A program made the translations under genes and the position numbers. Under the pieces are notes generated by a model, which made no database searches, was not told the origin of the DNA, and saw only the letters and a list, made by a program, of their open reading frames with translations. DNA of 16,740 nucleotides from a virus (lineage: Duplodnaviria > Heunggongvirae > Uroviricota > Caudoviricetes). Of the stretch, positions 9,026-15,489 are shown one piece after another (the first letter of the stretch is position 1; every line of letters begins with the position of its first letter). The stretch is from positions 64,344 to 81,083 of IMG/VR virus record IMGVR_UViG_3300031867_000033; one strand, written 5' to 3'.

Positions 9026-9054
9026 AGTATAACACAAAAAGGCTTTGAATTCAA
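9026..9054 (-). promoter_or_regulatory. sigma70-type promoter (TTGAAT-17-TATACT, extended -10 TG) embedded in a terminator hairpin
   Basis: -35 at 9049-9054 in the hairpin loop, -10 at 9026-9031. Confidence 0.72.
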
Positions 9055-9068
9055 ATAATCCAAAGCCT
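9035..9068 (-). terminator. Intrinsic terminator after the RNA ligase gene
   Basis: Stem AGGCTTTG/CAAAGCCT (9040-9047, 9061-9068) followed by a T-run on the minus strand, just after TAA TAA. Confidence 0.7.
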
Positions 9069-9075
9069 ATTGTTA

Positions 9076-10017
9076 TTATCTCTCATTTAATATAGAACGA
9101 ATAATCTCCATTGTTATACTTCCAGAGAACTTTCCAAAACCTTCAATTGAAAAAACTGCCTCTGGCTCTTCCTTTCTTATGTCTTCAAATACAAGCTTTG
9201 GTATAGTCTTGCTTATCTCCTTCATATTAGTCTCATCCCAATCAATAGGAAGCTGACCCTCGTCAATAAGCTTTAATATAATCTTTTCTATACGCTGACG
9301 CGTCGCAAACTGAGCAACATAGGCTCTTGCTTCTTCTCTCTTCTTCAACTCTTCAGGGTCAATAGGCTTTTTAGCTCCTTTATGAACCTCTCCAAACTGC
9401 TCATTAACGATTTTTATATACTTAGGGCGGCGAGAATTCTCCTTATCTTCAAGTCTATCTTGCGTTTTGATGACAATTCCTTCCTCAGCTGGTTGCCCAC
9501 CAAGTGTCTTTAACTTCATAAGTTCCATTAAGTCTTCCCAAGAGTTAAACTTCCCATCATAAAGAACAGGAACGAAGTTTATTTCAATATTAAACTTTTC
9601 CGCCACTAAGAGTAGCTTCCCAAAAATTATCCAAGCATCGTGATAGGAAATATAGCATTCCTTCTCGCGATCGTAGACATCGAACATATAAAACTTATTA
9701 TACGCAGTATCTGGATACTTAACCGCGTGTGGAACTAGCCACTCACCGAACACAAGGTAGCGTCCAAATTCCGTAATCTCTTTTATATCTTCCAGAGAAA
9801 ACTTTTGTGTCCACTCCCAAAAACCACGAAGATTATTAGTTTCACTTAGTCTTGTCTTACGAGAAAAGGCAGCAATTGAATCCGTTTCTACGTCATAGGT
9901 AAAGCTCCCATTTGCGCCATCTAACTTGCTTTGCGCCACGATATGTTCACCAACATCAAACATCTCACTATATTTCGCCTTTAATCTGGATATATCAACG
10001 TAATGCTTCATTTCCAT
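9076..10017 (-). CDS. RNA ligase, Rnl2-like nucleotidyltransferase (313 aa)
   Basis: Motif I QSKLDGAN, FSRK, III FGEW, IIIa FDV, FVPVLYDG, IV EEGIVIK, V KIVNEQFGE, and a helical C-terminal domain. No TAG in 8 Gln codons. Confidence 0.85.
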   Translation of the reverse strand: MEMKHYVDISRLKAKYSEMFDVGEHIVAQSKLDGANGSFTYDVETDSIAAFSRKTRLSETNNLRGFWEWTQKFSLEDIKEITEFGRYLVFGEWLVPHAVKYPDTAYNKFYMFDVYDREKECYISYHDAWIIFGKLLLVAEKFNIEINFVPVLYDGKFNSWEDLMELMKLKTLGGQPAEEGIVIKTQDRLEDKENSRRPKYIKIVNEQFGEVHKGAKKPIDPEELKKREEARAYVAQFATRQRIEKIILKLIDEGQLPIDWDETNMKEISKTIPKLVFEDIRKEEPEAVFSIEGFGKFSGSITMEIIRSILNER

Positions 10018-10031
10018 TAATTTTTTCTCCT

Positions 10032-10244
10032 TTATATTAACTTGCCTTCAAACTCACATTTACAGGTTATACTATCAACATTAGTTGGATAATGCCAATC
10101 ATCAATAACTCTTCCACAACAAGGACATTTATAATAATTGCAGCAGTCTTTATCACTGTAGCCTAATGGAATCCAAGTCATATTCTTTTCAAAATCTTTA
10201 AGATAGGCTTTATCTTTATATCGTTTTGTATGAATATAAAACAT
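10032..10244 (-). CDS. Small Cys-rich (zinc-ribbon-like) protein (70 aa)
   Basis: YKCPCCG...ITCKCE; GAAAGG RBS; first gene after the class A promoter. Confidence 0.7.
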   Translation of the reverse strand: MFYIHTKRYKDKAYLKDFEKNMTWIPLGYSDKDCCNYYKCPCCGRVIDDWHYPTNVDSITCKCEFEGKLI

Positions 10245-10263
10245 TTATATTTTCCTTTCACTT

Positions 10264-10312
10264 TATTTTCTATAATAATTATATAATAAATTTTTTAAAA
10301 TTGCAAATATTT
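10264..10312 (-). repeat. 49-bp promoter repeat, copy 1 (TTGCAA-17-TATAAT plus leader TATTATAGAAAATA)
   Basis: Base-for-base identical to 11390-11438. -35 at 10301-10306, -10 at 10278-10283. Confidence 0.9.
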
Positions 10313-10332
10313 AAAAGATTTTTAAATCTACG

Positions 10333-10374
10333 TTGCGCCGCCATATCATAAACCTTGCTTCGCCGCACCATCAA
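10333..10374 (+). repeat. Tandem pair of GC-rich motif copies (TTGCGCCGCCATATCAT at 10333-10349; CTTCGCCGCACCATCAA at 10358-10374)
   Basis: Same 25-bp spacing and arrangement as the pair at 11444-11460 / 11469-11485. Confidence 0.75.
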
Positions 10375-10462
10375 CCTTAGCCTGTACTACGATATGCTCG
10401 CCCACATCAAACATTTCATTATACTTAGCCTTAAGTCTTGATATATCTACATATTTATTCAT
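10346..10462 (-). pseudogene. Truncated 5' copy of the RNA ligase gene (38 aa)
   Basis: GAAAGGAG RBS; MNKYVDISRLKAKYNEMFDVGEHIVVQAKVDGAAKQGL. 26/30 residues identical to the ligase N terminus (YVDISRLKAKYSEMFDVGEHIVAQSKLDGA); homology ends just after motif I. Confidence 0.85.
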
Positions 10463-10482
10463 TTATTAAAGCTCCTTTCAAC

Positions 10483-10833
10483 TTATCTTCGTCCATAAGC
10501 GAATCTATCTTCGTAGGATTCAAGGTTTATCCACTCATTATTTCTTTTAAAATAATCTTTTATAAATTCATCTATATAATGCTGATCCATATCAATATTA
10601 TGAACATCTACCATTATAATCTTTATATTAGGATTATCAACCGATGAATTAAGAAAATTATATATCTCGCTAGTATTATCAGAATATTCCAATACTACAC
10701 CTATTAGAGCATCATTATCTTCCACTTCATCCTTTATTGATGCTCTATAATCGTCCATTGCAAAACTACCGATGCCTCTTCTCCCATTATCATTTATATC
10801 ATCTTTTATTTTTCTATACAAAAATCCCTGCAT
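10483..10833 (-). CDS. Hypothetical acidic protein (116 aa)
   Basis: AAGGAGG RBS; no TAG; ends TAA. Confidence 0.72.
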   Translation of the reverse strand: MQGFLYRKIKDDINDNGRRGIGSFAMDDYRASIKDEVEDNDALIGVVLEYSDNTSEIYNFLNSSVDNPNIKIIMVDVHNIDMDQHYIDEFIKDYFKRNNEWINLESYEDRFAYGRR

Positions 10834-10844
10834 ATGAACCTCCT

Positions 10845-11372
10845 TTAAATTCTATTCATTAAATCACAACATTTTTCTTTAGTTTCAATTCTATATTCCT
10901 CTTTAAAAAGAGAATCAATAATATTATTTACTTCTTCGTGAGACTTCTTAAAAATAGCGACGAATAAAGGAAATAAGTCTCTTATATCACTAAAAAGACA
11001 ATAATATTCTCCATTATAAGAGAATGAAGAAGTATAACCTATTTGTTCAAATAAAAACGTCCAACCATTTGGACTAATACCAGCTCCTTCTTCGTTTAAT
11101 ATTTGGTTTTTAAGATATGTTAAAGAATGATTATTCTTTTCTCGTTCCTCAATCGCCCTATCCATATTATCAAAATCTTCTTTTGTTGAAGAACGAACAA
11201 ATTCCAACTGATTATCATGCCACCAAGCACTAGTTCCACCACTTTTAAGGAAACGAAGTTCATAGCCAGAAGAAACTTCGATAATTACAGCAAGTTGTCC
11301 TATACTAGGATCTGTCTTTTCATTCCAAAAACCTTTAATTACTTTTACGACATCTCCCATTTTATATTTCAT
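10845..11372 (-). CDS. Hypothetical protein with N-terminal SH3/KOW-like beta segment (about 175 aa)
   Basis: Likely start MKYKMGDVVKV at 11372 after the AGAAGGT RBS (track start 11390 is in frame); no TAG. Confidence 0.72.
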   Translation of the reverse strand: MKYKMGDVVKVIKGFWNEKTDPSIGQLAVIIEVSSGYELRFLKSGGTSAWWHDNQLEFVRSSTKEDFDNMDRAIEEREKNNHSLTYLKNQILNEEGAGISPNGWTFLFEQIGYTSSFSYNGEYYCLFSDIRDLFPLFVAIFKKSHEEVNNIIDSLFKEEYRIETKEKCCDLMNRI

Positions 11373-11389
11373 TATATTACCTTCTTTCA

Positions 11390-11438
11390 TATTTTCTATA
11401 ATAATTATATAATAAATTTTTTAAAATTGCAAATATTT
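11390..11438 (-). promoter_or_regulatory. 49-bp promoter repeat, copy 2 (TTGCAA-17-TATAAT)
   Basis: -35 at 11427-11432, -10 at 11404-11409; identical to 10264-10312. Confidence 0.9.
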
Positions 11439-11443
11439 TTATA

Positions 11444-11595
11444 CTGCGCCGCGGTACCATAAGACTTACTTCGCCGCGCTACCAAACTTTTAGACACATC
11501 TATTAGAAATTCTACATTAAGAAAATTTCAAAGGGCGCCGGCACATTATAGATAAAGCATCATAAAATAAAGGTATGGATGATACCGCGGCGCAT
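11444..11595. repeat. 152-bp element bounded by inverted copies of the GC-rich motif, at the divergent transcription point
   Basis: TGCGCCGCGGTACCAT (11445-11460) and ATGATACCGCGGCGCA (11579-11594) are reverse complements at 15/16 positions. Internal partial copies at 11469-11485 and near 11535. Confidence 0.75.
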
Positions 11596-11716
11596 TGTAG
11601 ATTTTAAACAAAATTTTAAAAGTAAATTTGTTTAAAACGTAGATTTTCTTTTTCTTATTAATTTTCTTTTAAAATAAAACTTTTAAATTCCCAACTTTAA
11701 AAACGAGGTGATTAAA

Positions 11717-11944
11717 ATGTATAGTTATAAAGAGTATAATGAACCAATTCAAATTTTAATTAAGTTAATGCATAGAGATTATCCTAATGGATTTGAGTTA
11801 AGAATCAATGGATTTGGTGCAGAATTGGTTAATAATCAAATGGTTCATACTTATATGAATGATGAAATAATGAAAGAATATTGTAGTGGTGGAAACTTAT
11901 CAATGGAAGAAATAATGAGTAATTTAAAAGATATGGGTTATTAA
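11717..11944 (+). CDS. Hypothetical protein, paralog 1 of a tandem pair (75 aa)
   Basis: GAGGTG RBS then ATG at 11717; 24/40 N-terminal residues identical to the next gene. Confidence 0.8.
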   Translation: MYSYKEYNEPIQILIKLMHRDYPNGFELRINGFGAELVNNQMVHTYMNDEIMKEYCSGGNLSMEEIMSNLKDMGY

Positions 11945-11981
11945 ATATTTTAAATCTTAGTTTAAAATGAGGCGATGTGTA

Positions 11982-12206
11982 ATGCATACATATGAAGAAT
12001 ATAATAAACCAATTCAAGAACTTATTAAAATTATGGAAAATGACTATCCTCATGATTTTATATTAGAGATAGGTAGTTTTGGAGCGGAATTAAAATCAAA
12101 TATTAGCGTTAGAACTTTTTTAAAAGATAATAATAGATTAGAGAATAATATAGATTGGATTGGACTTTTAAAAAAGGTTTTCAATGAGAATGAGAAAGAC
12201 AGTTGA
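11982..12206 (+). CDS. Hypothetical protein, paralog 2 of a tandem pair (74 aa)
   Basis: GAGG RBS then ATG at 11982; MHTYEEYNKPIQELIKIMENDYPHDFILEIGSFGAEL. Confidence 0.8.
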   Translation: MHTYEEYNKPIQELIKIMENDYPHDFILEIGSFGAELKSNISVRTFLKDNNRLENNIDWIGLLKKVFNENEKDS

Positions 12207-12230
12207 TATTACTCAACTGTCTTTTATTTT
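12195..12230. terminator. Intrinsic terminator at the convergence point, possibly bidirectional
   Basis: 12-bp stem AAAGACAGTTGA/TCAACTGTCTTT (12195-12206, 12213-12224), loop TATTAC, followed by TATTTT on the plus strand. Confidence 0.8.
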
Positions 12231-12331
12231 ATTCTTCTGAACTAATAATTATCTGTCTTTCACAGTTTTTTTCAGTGATTCAATAAATTATTCGATATAC
12301 ATTATTATATAAAAAGCTAATGATTAATTTC

Positions 12332-13126
12332 TCACTGATAATAGAAATAATTTTGGTTGCCATCTCCCCACCAAGAGTTAGCTTCATCGAAATCATAAGG
12401 ATTAGCCAAATAATAATTAACTGCATCATAACATTCCTGCGTAGGTGCACAATTTCCCGGCCAATAACCAGTAAACTGTCCAGGTGCAATCAATACATCA
12501 TAAACCGTATTCGGGAATCTTGAGTCGTAAACTCTATTCATTACTGCGGCAGCAATATGAGCCTTATCATAAAGACTAATCCAGTCACTTCCAGCTTCAT
12601 GCCAAACTATTTCTGCAAGCAACTGGTATGAATAATTATCAATTTCAATATTTGGGTTTTCATCAATAAATTCTGTAGTGGTTGTTGTCTCTTCAATTGG
12701 TTTTTCTACGACAATCCAGGATGATGTCTCTTCTATATCACTCACAGGTGCATCAATCTTTATCTGAGAAGTAATTGCCTCTGAAGCTTTTGTAGTAGTA
12801 GTTATGGTAGGATCTATATTAGAACTATCAACATCAATGTTAGTTTCAACAGGAATTTTATAAGTATTGTCTCCCTTTTTATCCTCAATCGAAATTAAAT
12901 TCTCTACTGAACTAGTCTCTATTATAAGTTCAAATGAAGTATCATCTGATATACTAGATTCATCTATATTTGTATTTGAACTTTCCACCTCCGTTGTGGC
13001 TTCTATTATAGAATTTAAGGGTGATACAGAACTAGTGCTTCTATGATATGTCGCTGGTTTAGTTCCACAACTTACAAGTGCCGTGGCACAGAATAGAGAT
13101 AAAAATATAGTCTTTAAATTCTTCAT
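12332..13126 (-). CDS. Lipoprotein with Ser/Thr/Glu-rich linker and C-terminal SleB-like cell-wall hydrolase (Hydrolase_2) domain
   Basis: Signal peptide with lipobox LVSC (Cys20); LLAEIVWHEAG, AAAVMNRV, FPNTVYDVLIAPGQF. No TAG. Confidence 0.85.
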   Translation of the reverse strand: MKNLKTIFLSLFCATALVSCGTKPATYHRSTSSVSPLNSIIEATTEVESSNTNIDESSISDDTSFELIIETSSVENLISIEDKKGDNTYKIPVETNIDVDSSNIDPTITTTTKASEAITSQIKIDAPVSDIEETSSWIVVEKPIEETTTTTEFIDENPNIEIDNYSYQLLAEIVWHEAGSDWISLYDKAHIAAAVMNRVYDSRFPNTVYDVLIAPGQFTGYWPGNCAPTQECYDAVNYYLANPYDFDEANSWWGDGNQNYFYYQ

Positions 13127-13131
13127 TGGAA

Positions 13132-13602
13132 TTATTCCTCCTTAATACTAAATAATAAAATTAATAAAGTTCCATTCTAATAATAAGCTAAATACCCATT
13201 AATATTAAATAATCTTACTGGAAAGAAATTACAAACAATTTCATAATCTTCATCTATACAGCTTTCTTTAATTTGCTCTTTAATTTCTTCCTAATTAAAA
13301 TTAAGTCTTCCAACCTAATTACTAATAATTGCTAATGCTCTATTAAAAACATTAAATGGTTCTGTTAAAGCAATTGATTTCATAAATTCAATAATAGGAC
13401 AATTTGCGGCAGATAAACGTGCTTTACAATCCCAACCCCTTTTCTTAATGTTTAAATCTTTCATTACTTGTCCATAAAGAAAATCTTTTGCTCCATAACT
13501 TAAATTAATCCATTGTGGACAAGTCTCCTCTAAATACTAATGAAAAGGTTTAAGAATTTCAATTTTTATCTCTTCATCCTAATAAATAATATAAGTCTCC
13601 AT
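13132..13602 (-). CDS. Hypothetical protein (156 aa); code 15
   Basis: TAATG coupling to the helicase stop. METYIIYQDEEIKIEILKPF...LLILLFSIKEE; 5 TAG; ends TAA. Confidence 0.7.
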
Positions 13603-14714
13603 TAGAATTCAATTAACTCCCCATAAGCTCGTTCAATTTGTCTATTAATCTTAAAGTTCCTATTTGGCTCTTTAAGTTTCCCTTCTTCTTTCTTTAAGGC
13701 TGGACACCACCAAAGATTTGTTTCAGCTCTTGTTGCAGCGACATAAGCAATCCTTCTTTCTTCTTTATTATAAGTTAACGCACCAACGACAATTACATTA
13801 GGTGATTCAAGACCTTTTGCCTAATGAATAGTCATAACTTTAACTGTATTTTCTGCCATTAAACCTTCCATTTCTTCGATACTAAGCTCTGAACGTTTAA
13901 AAGTCGTATTGGGAATTTCTTTTTCTTTAAGCATTTCCATTATTGAATAGACGTCTCTATTAGTTCTAGCTATAATAAACCAAGAACCCCAGTTACCAGA
14001 GACTTCTAATTCTTCAAGAGCCTCTGGAAATCTACAACGTTCAATGAGACCATTCTTTGTTTTTCTTGGAATTGTTTTAGGACTTAAAGGTTCTGTTCCA
14101 TTTAGAAAACCCTCTGCAAAGTCGACTATCTCAGGAGTATTACGATAATTTTCTACAAGGAAATATTTTGTATAAGTTGGGTCTTCATACATCTCTCTTA
14201 AATATTTATCAGTGGCCCCTTTAAAGCCGTAAATTGCTTGTCGATCATCTCCTGTCCAATACTCATTATTCTTCGATAGATAAGTTAAAAAGTTAAATTC
14301 CAAATCACCTAAATCCTGACACTCATCAATGAATAAATAAGAAATGGGTTTTAGTTTATCCCTAGGAATCGTCATTGCTCGTTCAATAATTCTATCAAAC
14401 TTCTCTTCTCTTATATACTATTCTGTATCAAGTCCATTAAAAGTACAAAGCTTATTAGCATAAGAATGAATCGTTCCAATAAACGCTTTTTCTCCTAGCT
14501 TTCCCAATCTAGAATACATCTCACTTGCTGCCTAATTGGTGAACGTAATGGCCACTATATCCTCGGGTTTACACCAGCCCTATTCTATTACATAACGAAT
14601 TCTTTCGGTAAGTACTCTACTTTTTCCTGCCGCAGCACAAGCTAGGCATAGGATTCGTGAATTTTGTGCTTGTACGACTTTCTTCTAACGTATGTTTAGA
14701 TTTATTTCACTCAT
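13602..14714 (-). CDS. Compact UvrD/Rep/PcrA-like superfamily 1A helicase (370 aa); code 15
   Basis: AGGAGG RBS; Q motif LNIRQ (Q=TAG, codon 10), Walker A ACAAAGKS, AITFTNQAASEM, GTIHS, Walker B IDECQD, GDDRQAIYGFKGA, LVENYRN, MTIHQAKGLE, YVAATRA. 5 TAG. Confidence 0.92.
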
Positions 14715-14760
14715 TTACAATCCTCCTAATTTTTAATATAACATTTTCATTTATAATATT

Positions 14761-14789
14761 ATTATATCAAAAAATTTAAGGGAAATCAA
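14761..14789 (-). promoter_or_regulatory. sigma70-type promoter (TTGATT-17-TATAAT, extended -10 TG) with -35 inside a hairpin
   Basis: -35 at 14784-14789, -10 at 14761-14766. Confidence 0.75.
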
Positions 14790-14806
14790 ATATTTTGACT
14801 TCCCTT
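14769..14806 (-). terminator. Probable terminator hairpin overlapping the helicase promoter
   Basis: AAGGGAA-A-TCAAA-TAT-TTTGA-C-TTCCCTT (14778-14806) starting at the upstream TAA. The T-run is offset by AAA, so it may be weak. Confidence 0.5.
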
Positions 14807-15156
14807 TACTCTATATTTAAATATTTTTTTAATTCTTCAATCTCACTAACATTTTCATCGTCATTAATAAAAATTACTACGTCTGTAACGTCAATTACAT
14901 TTTTATAAGTCTAATATTGTTCCATAGTAATCGCATAATGCTCTTTATCCTTTTCTCCAATATGAAGATAGATAGTTCTTTTATTAGACTTCATTTCTCC
15001 AGAATTAACCTATAATGTTATTGGATAAAACTTATTATTATTAGATATTATTGGACTTGTTTCTTTTATTGCTTCTTCGTTATTTTCATAAAGATTTTTA
15101 AAATTAACGATCTATCCAGAAGTATTTAAATCAACCGTATAAATTATCGTCGCCAT
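14806..15156 (-). CDS. Hypothetical protein (116 aa); code 15
   Basis: AAGAGG RBS; MATIIYTVDLNTSGQIVNF...; 3 TAG; ends TAA. Confidence 0.7.
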
Positions 15157-15484
15157 TTTCTTCCTCTTTCTTCACTTTATCTAATGCATAAATTGTATAA
15201 CGACTAAATACTTCCTTTAATGCATCGAACCCTTTCATGGAAACAAAAGCAATTATAAATCCAAATAAAACGCCAGTTATAATTGGTCCTAAAGTCGGTC
15301 CCTAAGTTGCTACTGTGGCTCCTACTGTTAAAAATAAAGAAACAAAAACAGTTAAAACCTAAGTCGGAAATTCCTTTGGTAATATTGCCTTAAGAACTTC
15401 TGTTATAATTGTAGTTAATGCCGCAAGAATTCCTAAGTCAGTTAAAGAAATTCCAGCTGTTAATCCCAGTAATCCTTCTATCAT
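15131..15484 (-). CDS. Putative holin (three hydrophobic segments, charged C-terminal tail; 117 aa); code 15
   Basis: GAGGTGAGG RBS; LGILAALTTIITEVLK, PTQVLTVFVSLFLTVGA, IITGVLFGFIIAFVSMKGFDALKE; 2 TAG; downstream of the endolysin. Confidence 0.68.
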
Positions 15485-15489
15485 TAACC

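Noticed and set aside
10264-11595. CRISPR array or integron attC array
   Set aside because: The repeats are promoters and short motifs at irregular spacing separated by whole genes. There are no equal-length spacers, and no cas or integrase gene in the window.
12225-12331. Possible tRNA or ncRNA in the intergenic gap (third CTGTCTTT copy at 12253-12260, short stems)
   Set aside because: No cloverleaf, T-loop or anticodon arm; the stems are short and AT-rich. An alternative pairing with the terminator arm is possible but unsupported.
10438-12523. Track ORFs 10438..10647(+), 11217..11462(+), 11829..12053(-), 12280..12489(-) and 12320..12523(+)
   Set aside because: They overlap better-supported genes in antisense or another frame, lack an RBS, and have low-complexity composition.
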